Assembly (NCBI GenBank): GCA_963836075.1 | Contig: CAWIIB010000009.1 | Location: forward strand, 832,001 to 896,000 | Source of the DNA: an uncultured Acidobacteriota bacterium | Lineage (GTDB): Bacteria; Acidobacteriota; JAQAZP01 | Direction: 5' to 3' | Length of the DNA: 64,000 nucleotides | Part shown: positions 50,956 to 61,308 of the stretch, one piece after another | How the letters are laid out: each line of letters opens with the position of its first letter | Position numbering within the stretch: the first letter of the stretch is position 1 | Made by a program: the position numbers and the translations under genes | The notes under the pieces: generated by a model | What the model was told of the DNA's origin: nothing | The model's input: only the letters and a program-made list of their open reading frames with translations | The model's database searches: none

Positions 50956-52881
50956 TCATGGGTTGACCCCAGTCACCGTACACCATGCCCTGTCAGTGCT
51001 GCCCGACGGCGAGTAGGGCGGCTGGTTGTACGGCGCCGGTGTCACGTCGGCCACCACCAGGGTGAACTTGTTCTCACCGATCACCGACCCGGTGGCCGGG
51101 ATCTGCTGGCTCCAGTTAAAGGCGAATGCCTCGCCCGGATCGAGCACCAGGTAGCCGGCCCGCCAGCTGGGGTAGTAGCTCCCGTTGGCCAGTGCCACAT
51201 TGAGCTTGCCCGAGGCCTGCCGAAACTCGCCGGCCAGCTCGTTCTGCATGCCCACCGAGATGAGCGTGCCAAAGGGGACCGTCCCCTCTGATGGCGTACA
51301 GGAGAGGCTCGCACCGATCCGGCTGAAGACCGGGTGGTGGGCGCCCATGTCGGCCGTGCCCTGGTCGTTGATCTCGTCGGTGCGGGTGGAGCGCTGGCTG
51401 AGGCAGATGGTGCCGTCGAACGGCTTCCAGCAGACTGCATCCGCCGGAGCCGAACCCGTGTCGAGGCAGGGGCTGTCGGTTGCCTGGCCCGCGGCAACCT
51501 GCGAGAGGTAGAAGTCACCATTGGGGCCGCTGACAAAGAGCGGGTCGGTGTCGATATTCCCACCGCCAAGGTGAATCGTGCTGCCGGCCTGCACATGAAT
51601 GGAGGCCTGCCCGCCTTCCACGTCAGTATGGTCGATGCTCAGCGAACTCGGTGCCGTTACGGTGCCCACAAAGCAGGCGGGGGCGCCCAGCAGGGCACTA
51701 TTGCCCCAGAGGATCGAGTCGCGAATGGTGATGTGCGCATCGCGGAACTGGCTGGTCCCGCCACCCCAGGCCTGGGTGCTGTTCTGGTGGAGCGTGCATG
51801 CCCCGACAAAGACCGTTGACATGTAGCAGTGTATGGCACCGCCATAGTCGATTGCCTGGTTGCCGGTGATAAGGGTATCCATTACCTCGCAGGTGAGGTC
51901 CGGGCTGCATTCGGTGAAACAGAGGCCTCCACCCTTGATCTCGGCGCTGTTCCCGTCAAAGATGCACGATGCAAAAAGCAGGGACGAGCGTCCCACGCAA
52001 GCGCCTCCGCCATCCAGGGAGGCCGAGTTGCCGGAGAACCGGCAGTTGAGGATTGATGCTTTCTCGCACTCCCAGACCCGCAGGCCCCCTCCGCTACCGT
52101 CCTCCGTGCTGTTGTCAACAAACACCGTGTCTCTGATCATCACATCCGCCGAAGTGCCGATATTGATCCCTGCTCCGCCCGGTACCCCGACCCCAACAAA
52201 AATCGTGTTGCCCTCGAACCGGCAGCGGTCGATCAACACCGTTCCGCAACCGGAAATGAGCAGCCCCCCGCCATACGCGGTGGTGTTGTTGCCCTCGAAG
52301 CGACAGTCGACAATGGTGGGGTTGCCGTTGGTGCAGCGCATTCCCCCCCCGGCATCATTCGCATGGCAGTCACGAACTACGCAATCCCTGACCACCGGCG
52401 ACGTGCCACGGCAACTGATACCGCCGGACGTCTGGGTGTAGGAGGTGGTGTACCCGTTTTGTACCGTGAACCCTTCCAGCACCGTGTCGGGGCCTTCCCC
52501 CGAAATGATATAGAAGCCGGTGTGCAGGTCGAACTCACTTGCCTCACAGTCCACCACGCAGGTGTCCGGACCGTTGAGTGAACGGACCGTGATCGCCTTG
52601 CCCAGGAAGTCGATGTCACGGTTGCCCTGGCCGGTGTAGAGACCGGGGCCCACGATGACTTCGTCCCCGCCCGCCGCTGCGTCGATCCCCTCCTGGATGG
52701 CATCGTACGGATGGTCGAGGGATCCGTCCTCCAGGGGGTCGCTGACCAGCGGGTCGCCCGGGCCCGGATCGCCCGGTGCGGCGTCGTCCACGTAGATGGT
52801 GGCCTGGGCGTGCAGGGGGGCGGTGAACGGCAGCAGCGCGAGCAAGAGGAGCGCTACCAGAACCGGGATACGGGATTTCAT
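50956..52881 (-). CDS. Secreted parallel beta-helix protein with conserved C-terminal domain (tandem copy 3)
   Basis: Same cap and tail; Cys-rich xCxFxGN..GGG repeats. Confidence 0.8.
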   Translation of the reverse strand: MKSRIPVLVALLLLALLPFTAPLHAQATIYVDDAAPGDPGPGDPLVSDPLEDGSLDHPYDAIQEGIDAAAGGDEVIVGPGLYTGQGNRDIDFLGKAITVRSLNGPDTCVVDCEASEFDLHTGFYIISGEGPDTVLEGFTVQNGYTTSYTQTSGGISCRGTSPVVRDCVVRDCHANDAGGGMRCTNGNPTIVDCRFEGNNTTAYGGGLLISGCGTVLIDRCRFEGNTIFVGVGVPGGAGINIGTSADVMIRDTVFVDNSTEDGSGGGLRVWECEKASILNCRFSGNSASLDGGGACVGRSSLLFASCIFDGNSAEIKGGGLCFTECSPDLTCEVMDTLITGNQAIDYGGAIHCYMSTVFVGACTLHQNSTQAWGGGTSQFRDAHITIRDSILWGNSALLGAPACFVGTVTAPSSLSIDHTDVEGGQASIHVQAGSTIHLGGGNIDTDPLFVSGPNGDFYLSQVAAGQATDSPCLDTGSAPADAVCWKPFDGTICLSQRSTRTDEINDQGTADMGAHHPVFSRIGASLSCTPSEGTVPFGTLISVGMQNELAGEFRQASGKLNVALANGSYYPSWRAGYLVLDPGEAFAFNWSQQIPATGSVIGENKFTLVVADVTPAPYNQPPYSPSGSTDRAWCTVTGVNP

Positions 52882-52928
52882 CAGGATATCCTCACACTGT
52901 TGAAAAGTTCCATCGCATCAAACGTCCA

Positions 52929-54624
52929 TCATGGCGCCACGCCGGTCACGGTGCAGGCGGCAGCGGCGCTGTCCCCGGCCGGGGGATAGGGCGGCTGGTT
53001 GTAAGGCGGCGGGGTCACGTCCGCCACGGTGAACAGGAAGCCGGTCTCACCGACCAGCGTCCTCAGGTTTGGTATGGCCTGCCACCAGCTGGTGGTGCGG
53101 GTCTGGCCGGCCGGGACGTTCTGCCAGCCCCGCCGCCAGGATGAGTCGGTACTGGCCGCCGGCCAGGGTGACATCGATCTTGTGCTGCACGCGCCGTGTC
53201 TGGCCGGCATAGGTGTTGGTCAGCGAGAGCGTGAACTGGCTGGAGAAGGGCAGCGTGCCGGCGGCCGGACTGCAGGCCATGGATGCCGCCACGGTTCCCG
53301 GCGCGGCCGGGTAGTGGTAGCCAAGGTCGGCAATGCCGGTATCGGCCACACCGCTGGTGCGGGTGGTGAGGGTGTCCAGGCAGAGGGTTTCGTCCCCGCC
53401 GCCGGTGCAGATGTTCATGGCCAGGTCGCTTCCCGCGTCGAGGCCGGGGCTGTCCTCGGCCTGGCCGTCCGCGGTCTGGCTCAGGTAGTGCTCTCCATGG
53501 GGACCGGCAATGAACAGCGGGTCGCCGGTGAGCACCGGGCTGGCCTGGATCAGGGTCATGTGGCCCACCCGCACGGTGGAGCTGGCGTCCCTGATCAGAC
53601 AGTGGTCCAGCGTGGCCGTGACCGCGCCGGAGATGCTGGGGCCCTCGCTGCCCAGCCAGAGGTTTGCCCCTTCGCCGGCCAGGTTGTGGGCAACGATGCA
53701 GTCGACGAGATCCACCGTGCAGGTTTCAAGTGAACCGGAGACCGCCAGGCAGATCCCGCCACCGTCGCCGTCAACAGTGCCGGCGCTGTTTCCCGCAATG
53801 GTGCTGTTGCGCAGAGTGGTCACCCCGCTGTCGGTGTCGAGGTCCAGGCCGTAGAGCCCGCCGCCGCTGAGATCGGCATGGTTGCCCGCCAGCAGGTTGT
53901 TGGCCAGGGACGCCGGTTCGGCGGAGATGAGGCAGATCCCGCCGCCATGCTCAGCGGCAAGGTTGCCGGTGATCCGGTTGTGATCGATTCGCGGGCTGCC
54001 CCCCACCGCCAGCAAGCCGCCGCCCTGGGTGGCGCTGTTTCCCGAAAGTGTGTTGCCCGTGATCCGCGCCGCGGAATCGAGGCAGCAGATCCCGGCGCCG
54101 CCGGTACAGCCGGTGACCACGTTGCCGATGATGGTGGGCGAACCGCCGTCGATGTAGATGCCGTGGGGATGGCCGGGCGCCCCCTCGTCATCCGAGGCCC
54201 CGGTGATGGTCAGCCCCTGGAGGACGGAGGCCGCCACCTCGCCGCTGACAAACTCGAACCCGAAACGGTCCAGGCCGGAGACCCCCTCGCAGTCCACCGT
54301 GCAGTTCTGCGGCCCGTTGGCCGACCGCACGGTGATCTTCCTGCCCAGGAAGCTCAGGTCATGGTTGCCGGCGCCGGCATACCGCCCGTCGGCCAGCAGC
54401 ACGACGCTGCCGGTGGCCGCGGCGTCCATCGCCTCCTGGATGGCGTCATAGGGGTGGTCCGGCGAACCGTCCTCCAGCGGGTCGCTGATGGCGGGGTCGC
54501 CCGGGCCGGGGTCGCCGGGCGCATCGTCGTCCACGTGGATGGTGGTCTGGGCCTGGAGCGGGACAGCGAAGAGCAGCAGCGCAAGCACCACGAGTAATGC
54601 TCGTTCGATGGTGCTGAGTTTCAT
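52929..54624 (-). CDS. Secreted parallel beta-helix protein (tandem copy 2), frameshifted near 53150 inside the C-terminal domain
   Basis: ORF 53047..54624 leaves frame after LAGGQY; the tail DSSWRRGWQNV...CTVTGVAP continues in ORF 52929..53210 after one extra base. Confidence 0.78.
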
Positions 54625-54640
54625 TCCGGACCTCGTTTCC

Positions 54641-56839
54641 TCAAGGCATCCAACCGGTCACCGTGCAGGCGGCCGTGTCGGTATCCCCCGACGGCAGGTA
54701 GGGGGGCAGGTTGTAGGGCGGCGGCGTTACGTCGAGCACGGTGAGCAGGAAATCGTTGTCCCCGGCCAGCGGCTCGAGGGCCGGCAGGTTCTGTCCCCAG
54801 AAAAACCCGAACGATTCTCCGGGCTGGACGTTCTGCCACCCGCGCCGCCAGGAGGAATGGTCCTGGCCGCCGGCCAGGGTGACATCCATCTGGTACTGGA
54901 TGCGCCGGGCCAGCTTCCGGTAATCGTTGGCCATCGACACCGTGAACTGGCTGACAAAGGGCAGGGCACCGCCGGCCGGCTGGCAGCTCAGTTCACAGGA
55001 GATCGTTTTCTCGATCGGGTAGTGGTAGCCCATGTCCACCTGCCCCGTATCCCCCACCCGGTCGGTTCTGGTGGTCAGGGTGGAGGCCGGCCATTCGATC
55101 AGGGTCAGCGTGTCCAGGTCGAAATCCACCGGCACCATCACCGTGTCCGCCGGTTCGCTGCCGGTGTCCACACAGGGGCTGTCCACCGGCTGTCCGGCGG
55201 CCGTACTGGCGAGATTGTGCTCACCCACCAGGCCGACGGTGAAGAGCGGATCGGCGTCGATGATGCTCTCCCCGTACGCCCCGCCCTGGACATCGCAGTA
55301 GGACGCTGCCGCCGGGGCATAGGCCAGGTGGTACTGGTTCGGCATATTGCCCCAAATGACCGTGTCGGTGACGGTGGTGCTCCAGTAGACCTCACTGTTC
55401 ACATATATTCCACCACCGTCGGCGGCCTGGTTGCCGGCAATGGTATTGAGCCGGTAGTCGATGTAATCGGCCTCCTGGCCGATCCCGCCGCCCTCTCCGT
55501 CGGCGGAGTTTCCGACGATCAGGTTGTTGACAACCTGCGAGGACCATCCCGACGTATAGATACCGCCACCCCGGCCAGCGGCATGGTTTCGCTCGATCCT
55601 GTTGCCGGCAACGGTCCCGTGATACGAAGAGAAGGCCAGCCCGCCGCCGTTGCCCCCGGCGCTGTTCTCCTCGATGCCGTTGTTCAGAACACTCCAGCTG
55701 GCGCTGCTGATGAAGATGGCGCCGCCGGTAATGGTGGCGTGGTTGCCGGAGAAGAGGTTGTCTTTTATAACCGAGCCGCCCGACGCGCAATTGACTCCGG
55801 CGCCTCTTTCCGCCGCGTTGTCGATGAAGGTGTTGCCGATCACATAGACTTCCGAATTATACGGGGCGCCGGAGTGGTCGTATCTCGAATAGATGCAGCC
55901 TTCCGTATTCCCGGTGAACTGGTTGTCCCGAATAAGGGACGGGCTTTTATCGAACTGCATACAGAGCACACCGTTGTCGGTGAACGTATTGCCGATCACG
56001 TCTGTTTCGGCGTGGACGATGTAGATAACGGCGCTTCCCGAATCATGTCCTGAGAAAATGTTGCCGGTGATGGATGCCCGCTTTTGTTCATCCCACATCC
56101 AGCCATATATGGCACAGCCGGACTCCTGCGTGCCGGTGTAGTCGATGATGTTGGCAATGAATTCATTGTCCACGATCACCACTTGAGCATCCTGATAGTA
56201 GATGGCGCCACCGCCGGTATAGGCATGATTGTCGATGAAAACGTTGCCGATGATCTCGGCCTCCGTATCCTCACGACACTGGATCGCCCCCCCATCCTCG
56301 CCCGGGCCGCACCAGTTGTCGATGAAGATGTTTCCCCTGATGGTGGCCGGGCCCTGAATGACCCTGATGGCTCCGCCGCCGCTCCATGTCCCGCTATCCG
56401 GAGACCAGCCACCGGTGATGGTGAATCCCTCCACCGTACTTCTCGCCCCGTAATTAGCGAAATCGAATGCCCGGTGCGGGTCCGCCTCGCCTCCCTGGCA
56501 ATCGATGATGCAGTTTTCCGGGCCGTTTTCGGATTTGATGGTGACCCGCCTCTCGCGCTGGACGCCAATGTCCCGGTTCCCCTCGCCGGTGTACAGGCCG
56601 TCTCTCACCAGCACCGTGTCGCCGCCCCACCCGATCGCCATGTACCCTTCCATGATGGAATCAAAGGGATGATCCGTCGAACCGTCCTCCAGCGGATCGC
56701 TGATGGCGGGGTCGCCGGGGCCGGGGTCGCCCGGCGCGTCGTCGTCCACATACCAGGTGCTCTGGGCGTGGAGGGGGACAGCGCAGAGCAGAATCGTGAG
56801 CAGAAGCAATACGGCTGTTCCGTCTGTTCGCATGATCAA
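54641..56839 (-). CDS. Secreted parallel beta-helix protein with conserved C-terminal domain (tandem copy 1)
   Basis: Same cap; many IxGNxFxxN..GGAI repeats; ends DVTPPPYNLPPY...CTVTGWMP. Confidence 0.8.
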   Translation of the reverse strand: MIMRTDGTAVLLLLTILLCAVPLHAQSTWYVDDDAPGDPGPGDPAISDPLEDGSTDHPFDSIMEGYMAIGWGGDTVLVRDGLYTGEGNRDIGVQRERRVTIKSENGPENCIIDCQGGEADPHRAFDFANYGARSTVEGFTITGGWSPDSGTWSGGGAIRVIQGPATIRGNIFIDNWCGPGEDGGAIQCREDTEAEIIGNVFIDNHAYTGGGAIYYQDAQVVIVDNEFIANIIDYTGTQESGCAIYGWMWDEQKRASITGNIFSGHDSGSAVIYIVHAETDVIGNTFTDNGVLCMQFDKSPSLIRDNQFTGNTEGCIYSRYDHSGAPYNSEVYVIGNTFIDNAAERGAGVNCASGGSVIKDNLFSGNHATITGGAIFISSASWSVLNNGIEENSAGGNGGGLAFSSYHGTVAGNRIERNHAAGRGGGIYTSGWSSQVVNNLIVGNSADGEGGGIGQEADYIDYRLNTIAGNQAADGGGIYVNSEVYWSTTVTDTVIWGNMPNQYHLAYAPAAASYCDVQGGAYGESIIDADPLFTVGLVGEHNLASTAAGQPVDSPCVDTGSEPADTVMVPVDFDLDTLTLIEWPASTLTTRTDRVGDTGQVDMGYHYPIEKTISCELSCQPAGGALPFVSQFTVSMANDYRKLARRIQYQMDVTLAGGQDHSSWRRGWQNVQPGESFGFFWGQNLPALEPLAGDNDFLLTVLDVTPPPYNLPPYLPSGDTDTAACTVTGWMP

Positions 56840-57036
56840 TTTGTTCTCCCTGGTGTGGAGCGATATCCGACCGAAACCATCGCCGGGGTGGCAAACGAGA
56901 CGACACCCTCACCGGAGAGCATTGTCCATGAACTCCAGCGGGACGGTGCCGGAAACCTGACGTATTAAGGAATTTAGGTCTTTTCGTGGTCTGCTGTCGA
57001 GTCTTTTTTATTAAGGAATGGCTGTCGCGGGGGAAA

Positions 57037-58242
57037 TTACCGGCATGCCAGCTCCCACAAAGCGTCCGCAAGGAGCGGATCGGTCGACTCGGGCCGGCGC
57101 CGGAGCAGGGAGAGGATCAGGGCGTCGTCGTCCAGGGAATCCTCGCCGGTGAAGGCCAGCACCCGGTCGTACAGCCGCTTGGGCAGGTCCATGGAGGTAT
57201 CCATGATCTCCTGGCGCAGCAGCTCGGCCAGTCCGTCCTCGCCGATGGCGCGGTCCGCGGAGCCCCGGGACTCGGTGAGGCCATCGGTGTAGAAAAGCAC
57301 CAGGTCGCCAGGCTCGAGCATTGTCTCCCGCGTCCGGAATTCACCGGCCTCGAGAATCCCCAGCGGCAGGCCTCCCGTCTCCAGCCGGTCCACCGTCCCG
57401 CTGGCGGCACTGTAGTGCAGCAGGGGCGGCTGTCCCGCACTGCAATAGCTCAGTGTCCAGTGGTCGGCATCGAGCACGGCGTAGACCCCGGTGGTGAAGC
57501 TGTCGTCCACCATGTAGCGGGCCAGCTCCAGGTTGAGGCCGGAGATGTAGTCCGCCGGGTCGCCGGCCCTGGCCGAGAGTTTTTCTTCCATGTTTCTCAG
57601 CAGCATGGTGTAGAGCGCCGACGACACGCCCCGCCCCCGCAGGTCGGCGGCCAGGATTCCGTAACGGTTCCCCTCCAGGGGGATCATGCTGTAGTAGTCG
57701 CCGCCCACCAGGCCCCGGGGGTGGCAGTGAACGTCGACGCGGAAGGTGTCGGTGCCCACCAGCAGCTCGGGCAGGATGTCCTGCTGGACCAGCCGGGCAA
57801 ACTCCAGGTCCCGGACGCGGACGGTCTCGTCGCGAAAGGCCGCGATACGTCCAACCACCCGGCCCCCGGCATCGAGGACCGGCGCTGCGTCGATGCTCAC
57901 CGCCACCCGCCGGCCGTCCTTCTTTCTGGCGTACACCAGATCCAGGTCAGCGCTTTCCCCGTTCGGGGTGCCGGACCGCCGGAGCGGGCAGCGCCCGGTG
58001 TCGCAGAGCCGGTTCCCGTCGTGATCCAGGTGTGCCAGGACTTCCTCGTGACACGCCTTGCCCGCCACGTCCTCGCCACGGTATCCGGTGATCTCCTCGG
58101 CCTTGCGGTTCCAGAACAGGATCCGCCGCTGTTCATCGGTGAGGTAGACCCCGATGTTCAGCTGGTCCAGCGCTCGGGACAGTTCGCTGTGGTTCGACCT
58201 GGAAAAGGGAAGCTGTGGAAGACCTTCGATCAAACCGCCCAC
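57037..58242 (-). CDS. PAS-domain PP2C (RsbU/SpoIIE-family) protein phosphatase
   Basis: WNRKAEEITGY PAS segment; VGGDYY, ADLRGRGVSSAL, FYTDGLTE, DDALIL. Confidence 0.88.
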   Translation of the reverse strand: MGGLIEGLPQLPFSRSNHSELSRALDQLNIGVYLTDEQRRILFWNRKAEEITGYRGEDVAGKACHEEVLAHLDHDGNRLCDTGRCPLRRSGTPNGESADLDLVYARKKDGRRVAVSIDAAPVLDAGGRVVGRIAAFRDETVRVRDLEFARLVQQDILPELLVGTDTFRVDVHCHPRGLVGGDYYSMIPLEGNRYGILAADLRGRGVSSALYTMLLRNMEEKLSARAGDPADYISGLNLELARYMVDDSFTTGVYAVLDADHWTLSYCSAGQPPLLHYSAASGTVDRLETGGLPLGILEAGEFRTRETMLEPGDLVLFYTDGLTESRGSADRAIGEDGLAELLRQEIMDTSMDLPKRLYDRVLAFTGEDSLDDDALILSLLRRRPESTDPLLADALWELACR

Positions 58243-58313
58243 CGCCTGGTTCCTCCGCTGCTGGGTCCGTGGAGTACCTCCGGCCGATCACCATGACCGG
58301 CGCTTCACCCTAC

Positions 58314-58341
58314 TTATCGGTGGGATGGGGAAAGGGCTTGA
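58314..58341 (-). promoter_or_regulatory. Possible sigma28-type promoter for the PP2C gene
   Basis: Minus strand TCAAG-N15-ACCGATAA; spacing one base longer than the enteric consensus. Confidence 0.35.
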
Positions 58342-58419
58342 AACCGTTCGGGGGCGGCCTCGGTTCCGCAGGGATCAGCAAGACGGGAATCGCGACCTAT
58401 CTCGTTGATATATATAGAG

Positions 58420-60228
58420 TTACATGTACCCCAGGGCTTCCAGCCGGGCGCGGGTCTCCTCGTCCACTTCCAGGGGCTGGGCGCCCTCCCCGGAATCGGG
58501 TGTGGCGGCCAGTTGGAGTTCCAGCCACCGGCGGAGCGGCTCCGCCACCTCGGGCCGGCTGAGCACCAGGTTGGTGGTTTCGCTGGGATCGGTTTCCAGG
58601 TCGTACAGTTCGCTGCCGCCATCAGAGGAGTGGATATATTTCCAGCGGCCCTGGTATACCGCCTGACGCACCCGGCGAAAGCGAGGGCCGTAGGGCCGCC
58701 TGAGGTCCTTGATCCGGGCGAAGTAGTTCTCGCCCAGGAGCGCCCGTTCCCCGGTGAGCCGGCGCAGGTCGGCGCCTTCGGCCCCGTCCGGAACGTCGAG
58801 GCCCAACGTGGAGAGGACGGTGGGCAACACGTCCACCAGGTGGGCCCGGGCCGTCACTTCACCACGCGGTTCCCCGCCCGGGAAGCGGACCATCAGCGGC
58901 ACGGCCATGGCCGGTTCGTAGACATCCTTGCTGTGCTCGAGGAGGGCGTGCTCGCCGAAATACTCGCCGTGATCGCTGAGCAGCACGATGAGGCTTTTTT
59001 CGTAGAGCCCGCGCCGGCGCAGGTCCTCCAGCAGCAGGCCCAGGTGGTGGTCGAGGTAGCTGATGGAGCCGTCGTACAGGGCGTGGAGGTGGGCCACCTC
59101 CTCCTCGCTCACCGGCTGCTGGCGGGACATGACCCTCAACTCGAAGGAGCCGTCAAAGGAAAAACCGGGGAGGCGGCCGGGGAAGGCGTTGCCGAAAGGG
59201 GGCGGAGCGTGGTGCGGCAGGTGGGCGTCCATGTAGTTTGCGAAAAGGAAGAAGGGGCGGTCCCCGTGGACGTCGAGCCAGCGCCGGATGCGGCGGTTCA
59301 GCTGCCAGGCCGACTGCTGCGGCTTGTCAAAGACCGCACGCCAGCGCTGCTCGAAAAACGTCTTCATCGACCACTGGCAGCGCAGGGGAAGGAGGTAGTT
59401 GCCGTTGGTCTTTGACTGGTAGTGCTTGAACCCCTGATCCAGTCCGGACTGGGGTGAGAGGTAGGGATTGGAGACCAGCCCGGCGGTGAGGTAGCCGTGC
59501 TCCGCCAGCATCCGGGCCAGGGTCGGTGTTCCCTGGCCGAGGGCGTAGACGTTGCTCCAGCTTGCCCTGTTGACATCTTTGGGGAGGAAGCTGCGGGCCC
59601 CGTGAGTGCTGGGATAGAGGCCGGTGAACAGGCTGGCGTGGGAGGGCACCGTCCAGGGGGCGGAACTGATGGCGTTGCGGCAGACCAGAAACTCCGGGGC
59701 CAGCCGCTGCAGGTTTGGCGAGGTGGGCCGGTGGTAGCCGTAGAGCGAGAGGTGGTCGGCCCGCACCGTGTCCAGCACCAGGATGATCACGTTGGGGGAG
59801 TGGCTGGCCGGGAGCGTGTCGCCGGCGGCCGGTTCTGCCGCCGGCGCCGGGATCTCCCGGGCCAGACGGCGCTCTTCGGCATACCCGGTGAGCGGCCCGG
59901 TGAGAGCGAAGAAGAGAAGCAGCAGGGCTGCCGCCACGGCCTCGGCCGCGCGGTTGGGGAAGGGGAGCTGCACCAGCTCGGCGGCAAAGCGGATCAGGCC
60001 GCGTCGCGGGAGAAAACCGAGCAGCAGAAAGAGCAGCAGCCCCGCAACCAGCGCCTGGCCCATGTTGAGGGCCAGCACCAGGTAGTAGACCCCCGCCGGG
60101 GTCAGGTCGCCCCGGGTGAGAATGCGGGCCACGTCGAGACCGCCGAGGATCAGGCCCACTGAGAGCGCCAGCAGCAGAGCCCGCCTGAAGAGCGCGAGAA
60201 GGCCGGGTCTGGATGGTGGTTCGGCCAT
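58420..60228 (-). CDS. Membrane-anchored sulfatase-like (alkaline phosphatase superfamily) protein
   Basis: N-terminal transmembrane helices; PNVIILVLDTVRADH, PWTVPSHASLFTG, DAHLPH, SDHGE, LEALGY; ATG overlaps the selD stop. Confidence 0.85.
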   Translation of the reverse strand: MAEPPSRPGLLALFRRALLLALSVGLILGGLDVARILTRGDLTPAGVYYLVLALNMGQALVAGLLLFLLLGFLPRRGLIRFAAELVQLPFPNRAAEAVAAALLLLFFALTGPLTGYAEERRLAREIPAPAAEPAAGDTLPASHSPNVIILVLDTVRADHLSLYGYHRPTSPNLQRLAPEFLVCRNAISSAPWTVPSHASLFTGLYPSTHGARSFLPKDVNRASWSNVYALGQGTPTLARMLAEHGYLTAGLVSNPYLSPQSGLDQGFKHYQSKTNGNYLLPLRCQWSMKTFFEQRWRAVFDKPQQSAWQLNRRIRRWLDVHGDRPFFLFANYMDAHLPHHAPPPFGNAFPGRLPGFSFDGSFELRVMSRQQPVSEEEVAHLHALYDGSISYLDHHLGLLLEDLRRRGLYEKSLIVLLSDHGEYFGEHALLEHSKDVYEPAMAVPLMVRFPGGEPRGEVTARAHLVDVLPTVLSTLGLDVPDGAEGADLRRLTGERALLGENYFARIKDLRRPYGPRFRRVRQAVYQGRWKYIHSSDGGSELYDLETDPSETTNLVLSRPEVAEPLRRWLELQLAATPDSGEGAQPLEVDEETRARLEALGYM

Positions 60229-61286
60229 CAGTTCACGGAAACGGAGGGGCACTTCCCGGCCGGGACCACGCGGCCCACCACGGCGGCCATTCCGCCCTCC
60301 TCGGTGATCCGCCGGGCCATCTTCCTGGCGCTGTGCCGGTCCACCGCGATCAGCAGGCCGCCGGCGGTTTGCGGGTCGTTGAGCAGGCACTGCAGGGTCT
60401 CGTCCACACTGTCGGCGTAGCTGACGCTGCCCTGGGCGAACTCGCGATTGGTCTTCACCGCCCCGGGCATGCAGCCTTCGCCGGCCACCCGCAGCGCCCC
60501 GGGGAGGATGGGCACCGACGAGGAATCAAGCTCCACGCTCATCCCGCTGCTCCGGGCCATCTCCAGGGCGTGCACCGCCAGACCGAAACCGGTGACGTCG
60601 GTCATGGCGCTGGCCCCGAACTGGCGGGCGGTCCTCGAGGCGTTCATGTTCAGCGATGTCATCTGGAAGATGGCGGCGGCCAGTTCCTCCGCCGATGTCT
60701 TGTCCTGCTTCACGCCGTGGGTCAGCACGCCGATGCCCAGCGGCTTGGTCAGCACCAGCGCGTCCCCCTCCCGGGCGCCACCGTTGCGAATGATGCCTCC
60801 GGGGTGCACTTCGCCGGTCACCGCGTAGCCGAACTTGATCTCCTTGTCGGCGATGGAGTGACCGCCCAGCAGAACGGTGCCGGCCTCGCCCAGCTTGTCC
60901 AGGCCGCCGCGGTGCATCTGCTCCAGCACCTCCATGTCCATGCCGCTGCGGGGGAAGCCCACGAAGGAGAGCGCGGTGAGCGGCCGAGCCCCCATGGCAA
61001 AGACGTCGCTGAGTGCGTTACATGCCGCTATCTGCCCGAAAACAAAGGGGTTATCCACGACGGGAGTGAGGATGTCGATGGTCTGTACCATGGCCAGATC
61101 ATCACGGATCAGGTAGATCCCGCAGTCCTCGCTGGCCTCGTACCCGGCGAGAACTTTTGAGTCGTCCACCCGCGGCAGGCTGCCCAACACACGCTCCAGG
61201 ACCCCCGGAGCAAGCTTGGCCGCTCATCCGCCGCTGGAAACCGCGCGGGTCAGACGGACTTCTTCATTCTTTGGTTCATCGCTCAT
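60228..61286 (-). CDS. selD: Selenide, water dikinase, selenocysteine-containing (Sec at codon 21)
   Basis: ATG 61286 reads MSDEPKNEEVRLTRAVSSGG-TGA(61226-61224)-AAKLAPGVLERV in frame with ORF 60228..61190; NALSDVFAMG, GGHS, TDVTGFGL, DPQT.GGLL motifs. Confidence 0.95.
61193..61211 (-). promoter_or_regulatory. Bacterial SECIS hairpin in selD mRNA
   Basis: GCUCCGGG-GGU-CCUGGAGC stem-loop starting 12 nt after the UGA, with a G-containing apical loop. Confidence 0.8.
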
Positions 61287-61308
61287 CAAAATATCCTTGT
61301 GGCACCGG

